Source: an uncultured Phycisphaeraceae bacterium
GTDB taxonomy: Bacteria > Planctomycetota > Phycisphaerae > UBA1845
NCBI GenBank assembly: GCA_964495075.1
Contig: CAZBUJ010000010.1
Coordinates: forward strand, 14,334-78,333
Length of the DNA stretch: 64,000 nucleotides
Direction: 5' to 3'
How positions within the stretch are numbered: the stretch's first letter is position 1; every line of letters begins with the position of its first letter. Below are positions 18,972-28,910 of this stretch, piece after piece. The notes under the pieces were generated by a model that worked only from the letters and a program-made list of their open reading frames with translations, had not been told where the DNA came from and ran no database searches. Position numbers and translations under genes: made by a program.

Positions 18972-19388
18972 GGCAATGCCTCCTTTCACAACCGAGTTCA
19001 GACGTGATCGGCCGGAAGCTCCCGGCGTACGGGACGACTGCAATCGCGCGCCCATCCGCCGAGGACAAGTGCGCGGAAGCAGCGACAGAAACGCTCGCAA
19101 TCGCAGCCGACTCCCGGCCCGACACTGACCACACTACTTGATTCCCGGTTCCGCGGACGGTCTATTAGAGTGGTCTAATCATTATGCCGTCCTGTTCAGC
19201 GCATCACCGCAGTACCGGCGTTCGACTACTCGATTCCGGGCGCGCCGTGTGCCATGAACGATGCACTCGGCCGCGGTTCGAAGATCCGAGACCACAGGTG
19301 CGGTTGGGTTCCGGCCCGTTGACCCGTACAATCAGCGGGTGGGTCGTAGGCCTGGCATGCGAACGACGTTGGCAACGGACATCTCGTC

Positions 19389-20090
19389 ATGGAAGCAATC
19401 GAGAGACCACGCGTGTTACTGGTGGAAGACGACGATGATGTGGCGAGCACGGTGCAGGATGCCTTGGCTGCCGCCAACATGCAGTCGGATCACGCAGGCA
19501 CGCTCGCCGCGGCGAAACAGCAGATGGACCATCGCGCGTATGACGCCGTCATCCTCGACCTGGGGCTTCCCGACGGGGATGGTCTGGAACTGGCGGACGC
19601 GTTGCGGCGCGACGGCAGCGAAATCCCCATCGTGATGTTGACGGCCCAGGCGTCGGTGCCCCAGCGCGTGAGCGGTTTCGCCCACGGGGCCGACGACTAC
19701 GTGTGCAAACCGTTCGCGGCCGAGGAACTCGTCGCCCGGCTTCAAGCATTGCTGAGGCGGGTCCGGTCCCAACAGCAACACGTTCTGCGGTACGCCGGCG
19801 TGGAGCTGGATCTGCTTAAACGGAGTCTTCTGGTCGACGGTGAGGAAACCGCGCTCTCGGATCGTGAAGCCGCGTTGCTCGCCTGCCTGATGCGGCACGC
19901 CGAACAACCACTGTCTCGCCACGAGCTGGCCCAGGAAGTGTGGGGGATCGACTCCGAGACCGACAGTGGCGTGGTCAACGTGTATGTCAATTATTTGCGC
20001 AACAAACTCGAGCAGGGCGATCGACGCACGCGACTGATCCACACCGTCCGCGGGGTGGGTTACGTGCTGTCCGACCGCGACCCCAACTAA
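19389..20090 (+). CDS. OmpR/PhoB-family response regulator (REC + winged helix)
   Basis: 233 aa. VLLVEDDDD, phospho-acceptor context AVILDLGLPDGDG, KPF, and a C-terminal winged-helix motif IHTVRGVGYVL. Confidence 0.9.
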   Translation: MEAIERPRVLLVEDDDDVASTVQDALAAANMQSDHAGTLAAAKQQMDHRAYDAVILDLGLPDGDGLELADALRRDGSEIPIVMLTAQASVPQRVSGFAHGADDYVCKPFAAEELVARLQALLRRVRSQQQHVLRYAGVELDLLKRSLLVDGEETALSDREAALLACLMRHAEQPLSRHELAQEVWGIDSETDSGVVNVYVNYLRNKLEQGDRRTRLIHTVRGVGYVLSDRDPN

Positions 20091-21997
20091 CACTCCGTCG
20101 TCTGCGAGTGAGTCACCCGCGGGCCGACCGGATCCGGCTCCGCCAGTGGAAGCCAGACACAAAACGTCGCACCCGCCTCGGGCCGGTTCCAGGCCTGAAT
20201 GACGCCACCCGCGTTCTTGACCGCCGCGTACACCACCGCCAGCCCCATGCCCCGGCTTCGCCGCTGTCCATGTTCCTTCGTGGTGACGAACGGCTCGAAC
20301 AGGCGCTCCTGCACGTCCGGGCTGATGCCGCAGCCGGTGTCGGACACGGTGAGAACGGCGTGCGTCGACGGCCCGTCCGTATCCGCGGCGGACGGCAGTT
20401 TGCCCGGCTGCACGGCAATACGGAGTTCTCCCCCCTCACCCATCGCCTCGCATGCATTTCGAGTGAGGTTCAGCACAATCTCTGTGAACTGATCACGGTC
20501 AATGATGACCGTCGCCGTGCGATCAAGGTCGGTCTCGAGCCGGGTCTTGTCGAACCAGGATTCGTCGAGCGATTCGAGAATCAACTCAACGGTGTCGCTC
20601 AGGTTCAGTCGCTCGGGATTGCCCGGGTCGCCGCCGGCGAAGGTGAGGAGCGTGCGCGACAGGCTGACCGCCTGGCCACACGCACGCAGGGCCTTGCCCG
20701 CCAACTCCGCCGATCGCCCATCGCCCAGCACCGAGTTCAACTGGGACAACGACGCAATGGCGCTGGTCAGCAGGCTGCTGAAGTCATGGGCGACCCCGCG
20801 GGCGAGCGTCACCGTCGCCTCCATCGCCTCGGTACGTCGAACTTGACGCTCGGAGCGCCGTTGCTCCGTAACATCACGGAGCACGATGGCCACGGCCATT
20901 CGCGCGCCCAAACGCAGGGGAAACGCGATCAAATCGACGATCAGCGCTCGCTGGGGATCCCCGCCGGCGTGCAGGCGGACGTCCGTCGCCCGCACCCGCT
21001 CCCCGTTGGCCAGCACCTGACCGATGACGTGCGACCAACTCAGGGCGTGATCCGCCGGCCAGAGCTTCACCAGCGACCGCCCCTCGCAATCGTGGGCGAT
21101 TCGGCCGAGGAGGCCCGTTTCCCCGTCGCGGCATTCGATAATCCGCGCCTGCTCGTCACAGATGATCATCGCGTCCCGCAGGTTATCGAACAGGGACCGG
21201 TACTTCGCCTCCGACACGCGCAGGTCCTCTTGCGTCTTGGTCAGCGTCTCCGCCATCCGGTTCATCGCGGCCCCCAGCGCACCCAGTTCGTCCTGCGACG
21301 AACCGGCGACGCGGTGAGCCAGATTGCCCCGCGCGAACTCATGCGTCGCTCTTTCCAGGTTCCGGATGGGCATCAGCACCCAGCGTCGCAGCAGAATCGT
21401 TCCCACCGCGACCAGCGTGACTCCAATGACCGCGATGACGGAAGCGCACAGCAGCACCTGCGTGTTGGTGGCCACCACCGCGTCCACGGCAGCCGACCGC
21501 GAATCGTCGAGCATCCGCTGGACTTGCTTGAGTTGCAGGTCGAGCGCGGGCGCCAGTTCACGCTCGATTCGTTCCTGGTACAGTTGCCGGGCCGCATCGG
21601 CCCGAGAGTCGCCCGCCAGCGCGACGCATTCCCCGAATGCCGAGCGAAGCTGCGCCGTCAAGCCCAGGATCTGCTCGGCACAGCTGCCCTGATCCTGGCC
21701 GAGCGTGAACTGAGCCACTTGCCGCAGCTCATCGAAGTACGCCTCTCGTTGGGCCTCGTAACGTTTGTCCGCCCGGCCCAGCCCGGTCAGTATTTCGTGC
21801 AGTTGGACCTGCTGCTGCCGGATGCCGAGTCGCAGCCGCTCGATCCAATCCGCCTCGACGTGGGTTCGTTGGACGCTGGTCAGCGCCCCTTCCACGTGCA
21901 GGCGGACGGCGTACACCGTAACCCCGGTGGCGAGTGTCGCGAACCCGGCAAACGCCGCAAGCAGCCAGGTTAGTCTGCGTTGAAGGCTCATGACCAC
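20087..21997 (-). CDS. Sensor histidine kinase (TM, HAMP, PAS, HisKA, HATPase_c)
   Basis: 636 aa. HAMP (PIRNLERATHEFARGNLAHRV), PAS (EAKYRSLFDNLRDAMIICD), H-box (VAHDFSSLL), N-box (NLTRNACEAM), DTGCGI and GMGLAVV. Convergent with the response regulator; the two stop codons overlap. Confidence 0.85.
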   Translation of the reverse strand: MVMSLQRRLTWLLAAFAGFATLATGVTVYAVRLHVEGALTSVQRTHVEADWIERLRLGIRQQQVQLHEILTGLGRADKRYEAQREAYFDELRQVAQFTLGQDQGSCAEQILGLTAQLRSAFGECVALAGDSRADAARQLYQERIERELAPALDLQLKQVQRMLDDSRSAAVDAVVATNTQVLLCASVIAVIGVTLVAVGTILLRRWVLMPIRNLERATHEFARGNLAHRVAGSSQDELGALGAAMNRMAETLTKTQEDLRVSEAKYRSLFDNLRDAMIICDEQARIIECRDGETGLLGRIAHDCEGRSLVKLWPADHALSWSHVIGQVLANGERVRATDVRLHAGGDPQRALIVDLIAFPLRLGARMAVAIVLRDVTEQRRSERQVRRTEAMEATVTLARGVAHDFSSLLTSAIASLSQLNSVLGDGRSAELAGKALRACGQAVSLSRTLLTFAGGDPGNPERLNLSDTVELILESLDESWFDKTRLETDLDRTATVIIDRDQFTEIVLNLTRNACEAMGEGGELRIAVQPGKLPSAADTDGPSTHAVLTVSDTGCGISPDVQERLFEPFVTTKEHGQRRSRGMGLAVVYAAVKNAGGVIQAWNRPEAGATFCVWLPLAEPDPVGPRVTHSQTTEC

Positions 21998-22024
21998 AGT
22001 CGCCCCTGCGCGTCGCAGGACGCG

Positions 22025-22873
22025 CTAACGGCGAACCTCCGCCTGGTAAACCCAGTCCCACTGCTCCGCGCCAGGATGTTGGGTGGACGAGACATGCCCC
22101 CCGACGAACACAACGTTGGTGTACCCGCCATGGCGCTTCGAGGGAAACCAGTACCGCCCGTCTGAGTACGGACCCTCGTCGTCCACCGCGGGCGGTGGCG
22201 CCGCATAGAACGGTTCCAGCCCTCGCCCCACGGCCGCCTCGCCATCGACATCCATGAGTAACGGGACGTACGGATGCTGGAGGACGTCGACCCTGACACG
22301 CGTGGCCGCGGCGGGGGCGAGAACGAGCCGACCCATGAACTCGACCGTGGCCCGATACAGCCGCATGTTGGCTCCCAAGGTGACGGCCTCCGGGGGCTCG
22401 ATCGCGGCCCGGCTGCACGGCAATCCGGCCCGCCGGGTGAGTTGGGAGGCGCCGGCCGGGCACAACATGGCTTCCCGGGACGCCTTCATCGTCGCCGTGG
22501 CGACGCCCGGCACGTCCCAGTACTCATCAATGCGATACAAGTAGTCCAGAAAATCGTTGATGTAGAAGCGGTTCGGACCGAGCGCCTGGCTGTCGCCCTG
22601 CCCTCCGGGCGTATTGCCCTCCGCATACAATTGGAACTCGAACGCCACCGTTCGCAGGTTCGACGAGCACTTGAGTTTCTTCATCCGACTGCGAGCGGAC
22701 GAGAGTGATGGCAGCAGGATGGACAACAGAATGGCAATCATCGTCACGACGACCAGCAGTTCAAGCAGCGTGAAACCGGCCCCTTGGCGTCGACCTCGCC
22801 TGATGGGGCAGGCGCCGCGGCGGGGATGCCCTTGCCCGGCCCGGTCAAACTGAGATGCGGCTTCCCCAGTCAC
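22025..22873 (-). CDS. DUF1559 protein with prepilin-type N-terminal cleavage/methylation domain
   Basis: GFTLLELLVVVTMIAILLSILLPSL is followed by a DUF1559-like body ending in a region similar to the H-X9-DG motif (HGGYTNVVFVGGHV). This family is strongly expanded in Planctomycetota. Confidence 0.85.
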   Translation of the reverse strand: MTGEAASQFDRAGQGHPRRGACPIRRGRRQGAGFTLLELLVVVTMIAILLSILLPSLSSARSRMKKLKCSSNLRTVAFEFQLYAEGNTPGGQGDSQALGPNRFYINDFLDYLYRIDEYWDVPGVATATMKASREAMLCPAGASQLTRRAGLPCSRAAIEPPEAVTLGANMRLYRATVEFMGRLVLAPAAATRVRVDVLQHPYVPLLMDVDGEAAVGRGLEPFYAAPPPAVDDEGPYSDGRYWFPSKRHGGYTNVVFVGGHVSSTQHPGAEQWDWVYQAEVRR

Positions 22874-22926
22874 GCGTCGATACCTCTGCTACTCGCCGGG
22901 AGGCCGCCCGGCCATCGGTCTCACGG

Positions 22927-24570
22927 CTATTGATGCTCACAACCCGGCCCCGTCCCGCGGACGAGCATGCGTACGACGTCCGCGCTGTCCACGTCCCCAT
23001 CGGTGTCCAGATCCACAAGGCGACAGGGGGTCGATTCGATCGGTACCTCGGGCCCGGCGAAGCACCGCTGGGCAGTCGAGAAATCGGTGAGATCCACGTC
23101 ATGATCGCCATCGACATCGCCGGGAACGCTGACCAGGAGAACATCGATGTCATCCACCACGCCATCGTGGTTCACGTCAAACACACTGAAGTTCGCAGGA
23201 AACCCGCTCAGGACGACGCTTCCGGTGCCGCCCCCCTCGTCATCGATGAATCGTTCGATCCTTCGCACATCACCCGTGTCCGCCTCGCCATCGCCGTTGA
23301 CGTCGCCTCGCAAGCCGTCCGGGTGAATGTCCGTCCAGACGAAGTACTCGCCGGACGGATCAGGTGCGGTGTAACTGGTCCCCAGGATGACGTTCACCGC
23401 CCACGCGCCAGGCACCAGAAAGTCTTCCGGTTGTTTGTGTTCCCACTCGATGATGATGTGTTCCTCGGGGAGACCGGTCGGGAACTCACTGAGAAAGACG
23501 GCACTGAGGTGCAGATCGACCAGAGCCTCGTGGACGGAGAACTGGTTGGACGGATCGAAATCGGGCGGTTCGGGCGGCTCGCCTCGCATGGCCGCCGCCG
23601 CCTCGTTCGTCAGGGGGAACACCAGCGACAGAACCGTGGTGTCGTCGGACGGGTCGTGCGCGAACCGCAGCACGCAAGGGGGCTCGTAGGCGCCGGGGGC
23701 GCCGCCGCCCTGGGCCAGACTGAACGGCTCGTACCCGTGGGCCCGATGGAACCACGGCCCCTCAATCTCCCAGGCTTCGCCGGGCTCGAATTCGAGATCG
23801 CCGTCTCCACTGACAACCGTTACATCGCCGGCCCCGAACGCGCCCCCGAGCAAGGCGAGGTGGAACTCCTCTCCGCTGCGATCGACAAAGGGACGCGTCA
23901 TGAAATCACCGTCAAACGCCGAGGCATCCAGCGCGAACCGGTCCTCGAGCGATTCCACCGCGGGCTTGCTGCCGAACCGCACGGCATTCCCTACATATCG
24001 GAACTCCGGCGCCTCCAGTTCACCACCGGTTTCCTCGTCGACATCCATATCGAACTCGACGAATCCATAGACGGGATTATCGCCGTAGGCGAACGGATCG
24101 AAGACCGAGGGAGCCGACGGACCGGGTGGATTCACCAACCCGTCGACGCGCAAATCGAGGCGCAGGAAGAGGCCCTCCGGCGCATATTCGCCCTCGAAAA
24201 GGTCGCCCGTGGGTTCGGCAGGGCTCCACGAGCCGATGGAGAGTTGGAGCAGGTCGATGGGGCGGTGCGTGGCGGGGTCGAAGGGGAGACTCCCGTCGGC
24301 ATCGGTTGGTCGCAGTAACCAGTCGTGGCGCGGATCCTCGAGGCAAACGACCCCGGCGGGATCCGCGTGGACCGCCGCCGCCCCCATCGCCAGGCCGATC
24401 AGTACGAGCGAAGCCAGCCGGGGGGGCCGCCCACGTCCGATATCGGCCGCTGGCCGAGAACCGCTCGTGATCCCAGACCCGTGCGGACCAGTGCGCCGTG
24501 ACACGCCGCTCGGCGACAATCTCGACTCGTCGCCCACCCCCGGCCCTTCGATCCCACCCATCATGACCAT
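22927..24570 (-). CDS. Secreted protein with C-terminal dockerin/EF-hand-like Asp-rich repeats
   Basis: 547 aa. Signal-like LASLVLIGLAMGAAAVHA. C-terminal repeats DVNGDGEAD, DVNHDGVVDDIDVLL, GDVDGDHDVDLTDF and DLDTDGDVDSADVV. The start is uncertain. Confidence 0.6.
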   Translation of the reverse strand: MVMMGGIEGPGVGDESRLSPSGVSRRTGPHGSGITSGSRPAADIGRGRPPRLASLVLIGLAMGAAAVHADPAGVVCLEDPRHDWLLRPTDADGSLPFDPATHRPIDLLQLSIGSWSPAEPTGDLFEGEYAPEGLFLRLDLRVDGLVNPPGPSAPSVFDPFAYGDNPVYGFVEFDMDVDEETGGELEAPEFRYVGNAVRFGSKPAVESLEDRFALDASAFDGDFMTRPFVDRSGEEFHLALLGGAFGAGDVTVVSGDGDLEFEPGEAWEIEGPWFHRAHGYEPFSLAQGGGAPGAYEPPCVLRFAHDPSDDTTVLSLVFPLTNEAAAAMRGEPPEPPDFDPSNQFSVHEALVDLHLSAVFLSEFPTGLPEEHIIIEWEHKQPEDFLVPGAWAVNVILGTSYTAPDPSGEYFVWTDIHPDGLRGDVNGDGEADTGDVRRIERFIDDEGGGTGSVVLSGFPANFSVFDVNHDGVVDDIDVLLVSVPGDVDGDHDVDLTDFSTAQRCFAGPEVPIESTPCRLVDLDTDGDVDSADVVRMLVRGTGPGCEHQ

Positions 24571-24997
24571 TCACCTCCGGTACCTGTCATTCTATCAACG
24601 CCGCCCCCCCAAAGCGACGGCGTTAAACCGGGGATCACAGGCCGGTAAGCGTGCCGGGAACACACCGCCCTCGGTACGTAAGAACGGCGGGCTGGTCAGG
24701 CCGCGAACTATCGAAGCGGGCAGGACCCGGCCCATGGGCTGGCCGCCCTGCGCTCGCGCGTTTGGCAACCGGCGAAACGCATCCCGGTGGCGTTGGTCGG
24801 GCTCGACTTGAGTCGCACACCCGAATGCGCCACCCGCTGCGCGAAGGCGAAGTGAACAATCTGCCGCACGAGCCACCCCGTTCGGAAGCTCATCGCAATT
24901 CGGCGGCGGAGGGAGCCGGCCCCACCGTCTGCGGTGCGCCCCTCGCCCGCTTTCGGCATGACGCACGGTTCAGCGTGTGCGAAGCGTCTGCCGGACG

Positions 24998-25594
24998 TCA
25001 GCGCATCTCGTCGAACGGACCCGCCGGGCCGACGACCCAAGCGTCCCCCTGTTCCACCCGACGCACGATCTCCGACGCGCCCCCCCGCTCGCCCCGCAGG
25101 TCCCGCAGCAACTGCTCGAAACTTCGGAACAGAACCGGATGCCGCACCTCCGCCGCGATCTCCACCAGCGGCACCAGCACGAACGACCGATGCTGCATAC
25201 GCGGATGCGGCACCACCAGGTTCGGCTCTTTACGAACGCAATCGCCGTACGTCAACAGATCGATGTCCAGCGTCCGCGGCCCGTCGACCACCGTTCGCTT
25301 CCGCCCGAGCCGGTCCTCGATCCGCAGCCCGCATTCCAGGAGCGCTTCCGGCCCGCCATCCGTCTCCACCGCCACCACCGCATTGAGAAACGACCCCTGA
25401 TCCACCGGCCCGCCCACCGGCGACGTCTCGTACACGCTCGACACCCGCAACAACCGGACGCCCGGCTCGTCGGCCAGCCGACGCACACCCTCCCGCAAGT
25501 AGCCCAAACGGTCCCCCAGATTGGAGCCCAGGGCCAGAAGCGCCGTCACCAACGGGGATGGATCCGAATTGTCACAACTTGTCGCCGGCTGCAT
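24998..25594 (-). CDS. folK: 2-amino-4-hydroxy-6-hydroxymethyldihydropteridine diphosphokinase (HPPK)
   Basis: ALLALGSNLGDR...YETSPVG...GPRTLDIDLL...VVPHPRMQHRSFVLVPL are canonical HPPK motifs. Confidence 0.85.
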   Translation of the reverse strand: MQPATSCDNSDPSPLVTALLALGSNLGDRLGYLREGVRRLADEPGVRLLRVSSVYETSPVGGPVDQGSFLNAVVAVETDGGPEALLECGLRIEDRLGRKRTVVDGPRTLDIDLLTYGDCVRKEPNLVVPHPRMQHRSFVLVPLVEIAAEVRHPVLFRSFEQLLRDLRGERGGASEIVRRVEQGDAWVVGPAGPFDEMR

Positions 25595-25798
25595 GACTCC
25601 TCAGTCTATCCGATCCCTCGCGGTCGCCCCATCCCCGTCTGCCGTGACGTCGAGCCCCGCCAGTCGCGATCATGCTTGCCGGCCGCTTCAGCCGAAACAT
25701 AGAATGCCGGCGGTGGCCCGTGCCCAGACCGACCCGCCTCGGGGAGAACGGAGTCACCCTGAAGCCGACGCCGCGGAACCGACGGGAGCGACCACAAC

Positions 25799-26482
25799 GT
25801 GCCTCAAACCTTCACCAGTACGACGGCCCGGGCGGTTCATATGAAGAGCCAGGCCAAGCAGCAGTTTGACGCCTGGGCGCGAACGTACGACCGATCCCTG
25901 CTCAACCACTTCCTCTTCCGCCCGGCCTACCGGATCTCCATGGAGGAGATCGCCAAATGGTACGAGGAGAACCAGCGGCCGTTCCGCGTGCTTGACATCG
26001 GCTCCGGCACCGGGTCCCTCGCCGGACTGCTCGCCGCCTCCCCGTGGCCGGTCTCCGTGGTCGGCACGGACTACTCGCCCGCCATGTGCGTGGAGGCCAT
26101 CGCGAAGGCCCGGCAGGCCGGGCACGCCGGGGATGCCGGCTTCGTCGCCGGCGACAGCGAACACCTGCCCTTCGCCGACGGCACATTCGACATCGTCACC
26201 TGCTCGAACTCCTTCCACCACTACCCGCACCAGGACGTCGCGGTCCGGGAGATGCGCCGCGTGCTCGCCCCGGGCGGACGGCTCATTCTCATCGACGGCT
26301 ACCGGGACAACATCATCGGCTTCGTCACCTTCGACGTCATCATCGATCACGTCGAGAAAAACGTCCACCACGCAACCTGGTCCCTGATCCACCGCTACTT
26401 TGAGGACGCCGGCTTCAAGAACATGCGACGCCGAAAGACCGGGTTCTGGATGCCCCTGCTGGCCACCATCGGCGATGCCTGA
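25799..26482 (+). CDS. Class I SAM-dependent methyltransferase (Methyltransf_11-like)
   Basis: Motif I VLDIGSGTGSL, then FDIVTCSNSFHH and PGGRLILID. Substrate unknown. Confidence 0.8.
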   Translation: MPQTFTSTTARAVHMKSQAKQQFDAWARTYDRSLLNHFLFRPAYRISMEEIAKWYEENQRPFRVLDIGSGTGSLAGLLAASPWPVSVVGTDYSPAMCVEAIAKARQAGHAGDAGFVAGDSEHLPFADGTFDIVTCSNSFHHYPHQDVAVREMRRVLAPGGRLILIDGYRDNIIGFVTFDVIIDHVEKNVHHATWSLIHRYFEDAGFKNMRRRKTGFWMPLLATIGDA

Positions 26483-26610
26483 CCCGGTCTCGCCACCGTG
26501 GGACACTGACCGGCGCTCGTGGGGGCGAACGCCCCGTTCCCATCGCACGCAAAAAGCGGCTACACTCGCCCGCTGCGGGATCGGTTCCCCTGCTGCGATG
26601 GTGCACCCTG

Positions 26611-27330
26611 ATGAACTACTTCGCCCATGCCACCCTCGTCCTCGCCCACGACCGGCCACTGACCACCGCCGGGGCGATCCTGCCTGATCTGATCCGCTAC
26701 GCCGGCCCGCGCCGCGCGCACAAGCCGCTGGATTGGGCCGACGTGGCCGACCCGACGGTGGACGGCTCCAGCGAAACCCGCTCCCCACGCGTGCGCGAGC
26801 AGTTCGAGCAGGTCGCCGACGGCGTCCGCAACCACCTCGCCGCCGACGCCGTGTTCCACACTTCCAAGCCCTTCCTCAGCGCGCTGCACGCGTTGAACCG
26901 GTTCATCCACGACAAAACGCCGGTGCTCGCCGACCACTGGACCCGCTGGCTCCTGCCGCACGTCGTCGTCGAACTGGTGCTCGACCGGCTGCTGGTGCGG
27001 GTCGACCCGGCCGGCGCCGAACTCTGCTATCACGCCATCGACACCCTCCGCCGCAGCGAGGTGTTCGACCGCATCTGCGACCGCTATCACGTCGACCCGG
27101 CCGTCACCGACGCCCTCCTGACCCAATGGGTCACCAACCGCCGCCTCCACAGCTACGACACCAACGAGGGCATCAGCCGAGCCATCGAGCGGACCCTCGG
27201 CGGCCACGGTCGCCGTGTCATCGCCGACGGCGAGGCGAAGGCGTTCGCCCTCCTCCTCGACCACACGGAATCGCTGATTGGTGAGCCGTATCGATTGCTA
27301 CCGCCGATGGGTGAAACAGGGCGGCGTTGA
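26611..27330 (+). CDS. ACP phosphodiesterase (AcpH/DUF479)-like protein
   Basis: The N-terminus MNYFAHATLVLAH resembles AcpH MNFLAHLHLAH, and the His/Asp-containing helices are in similar order. The similarity is weak and judged by eye. Confidence 0.4.
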   Translation: MNYFAHATLVLAHDRPLTTAGAILPDLIRYAGPRRAHKPLDWADVADPTVDGSSETRSPRVREQFEQVADGVRNHLAADAVFHTSKPFLSALHALNRFIHDKTPVLADHWTRWLLPHVVVELVLDRLLVRVDPAGAELCYHAIDTLRRSEVFDRICDRYHVDPAVTDALLTQWVTNRRLHSYDTNEGISRAIERTLGGHGRRVIADGEAKAFALLLDHTESLIGEPYRLLPPMGETGRR

Positions 27331-28910
27331 TGCCTACTCAGCCACGTGCTACGATCCCGCCCGACCGGCGGACGCGGCCCAGACCAACGAGGAATGCCTT
27401 GGACAGCAGATTCAAAGAAGAACGCACCAAAAAGCTCGAGAGAATCCGTGAACTCGGGATCGATCCGTACGGGCACCGCTACCCCGATATCAATGCCATC
27501 TGCGCCGTGCGGCAGCGCGGCGAGGCCCTGCACCTCGACGCCGGCCAGATCGCCGACGCCGAGCGGTGCCGCGTGGCCGGCCGCATCATGCTCCACCGGC
27601 CCATGGGCAACCTGGTCTTCCTCACCCTCCAGGACGGCACGGGCCGGATCCAGATCGGGCTCTCCAAGCGGGCCCTCAAAGACGACTGGCCGGTCATCAA
27701 GCTCCTCGACCTGAGCGACATCATCGGCGTCGAAGGGGCGATCGGCACCACCAAGACGGGCGAGCTGACCGTCTGGGCCGACAACTTCGTCATGCTCACC
27801 AAGGCCCTCCAGCCCCCGCCCGAAAAATGGCACGGGCTGACCGACGTCGAGATCCGCTACCGCCGCCGGTACGTGGACCTGTTCGCCAACCCCGAGGTGC
27901 GAGACGTCTTCCGGCAGCGCAGCGCGATCATCCAGGCCGTCCGCGATTACCTCGTCGGCTTGGACTACGTGGAGGTCGAGACGCCGGTGCTCCAGCCGAT
28001 TTACGGGGGCGCCGCCGCCCGACCGTTCACCACCCACCACAACACGCTCGACATGGAGCTGTACCTGCGGATCAGCCCCGAGCTCTATCTCAAGCGGCTG
28101 CTGGTGGGGGGCATGGACCGCGTCTTCGAGTTCTCCCGCAACTTCCGCAACGAAGGCATCAGCACCCAGCACAACCCCGAGTTCACGCTGCTCGAACTCT
28201 ACGAGGCGTACGCCGACTACAACGTGATGATGGAGCGGGTCGAGCAGATGACGGCCGCCGCCATCGAGCGAATCGGCGGTGGAACGCGACGGACCTTCGC
28301 CGGTACGGACCTGGATTTTGCAGTCCCCTGGCCTCGCCGCAAATACGCCGACCTGTTCCGCGAGTACGTGGGGGTGCCCATGACCGACGTCGCGGCGGTC
28401 CGGGCCAAGGCCAGCGAGCGGGAGCTCGACCACCAGTCCATGGCCGACGCCGTGGTGGTCAACGAGCTGTTCGGAACCTGCGTGGAGCCCCACCTGGTGC
28501 AGCCGGTCTTCGTGTGCGACTACCCGGCCGAGATCTGCGCGCTGACCAAGCGCCACCCGGACGACCCCTCGCTTGCTCTGCGCTTCGAGGCGTTCGTGAG
28601 CGGCATGGAGATCGGCAACGCGTACACCGAACTGAACAACCCGCGAATCCAGCGGGAGAACTTCGCCCGAAAGCTCGACGGCGAAGGCGACGAGACAATG
28701 GCGGTGATGGACGAGGACTTCATCACTGCCCTGGAGTACGGGATGCCGCCCGCCGGCGGGCTCGGCGTCGGCATCGACCGCCTGGTCATGGTTCTGACCG
28801 ACAGCCCCAGCATTCGCGACGTGATCCTGTTCCCGCTCCAGAAACCGCAACGCGGCCCGGACGTGTCAGCAGAGCGGGACGCCCGGGGAGAGAGCGACAG
28901 GGATGTATAA
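27327..28910 (+). CDS. lysS: Lysine--tRNA ligase, class II
   Basis: 527 aa. OB-fold N-domain, motif 2 FRNEGISTQHNPEFTLLE, motif 3 GGLGVGIDRLVMVL. Confidence 0.9.
   Translation: MMPTQPRATIPPDRRTRPRPTRNALDSRFKEERTKKLERIRELGIDPYGHRYPDINAICAVRQRGEALHLDAGQIADAERCRVAGRIMLHRPMGNLVFLTLQDGTGRIQIGLSKRALKDDWPVIKLLDLSDIIGVEGAIGTTKTGELTVWADNFVMLTKALQPPPEKWHGLTDVEIRYRRRYVDLFANPEVRDVFRQRSAIIQAVRDYLVGLDYVEVETPVLQPIYGGAAARPFTTHHNTLDMELYLRISPELYLKRLLVGGMDRVFEFSRNFRNEGISTQHNPEFTLLELYEAYADYNVMMERVEQMTAAAIERIGGGTRRTFAGTDLDFAVPWPRRKYADLFREYVGVPMTDVAAVRAKASERELDHQSMADAVVVNELFGTCVEPHLVQPVFVCDYPAEICALTKRHPDDPSLALRFEAFVSGMEIGNAYTELNNPRIQRENFARKLDGEGDETMAVMDEDFITALEYGMPPAGGLGVGIDRLVMVLTDSPSIRDVILFPLQKPQRGPDVSAERDARGESDRDV

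Noticed and set aside
27153-28850. 565-aa minus-strand ORF opposite lysS, and 29470-30498 opposite the LolE-like gene
   Set aside because: These are shadow ORFs. lysS and the permease have canonical motifs and the expected lengths.
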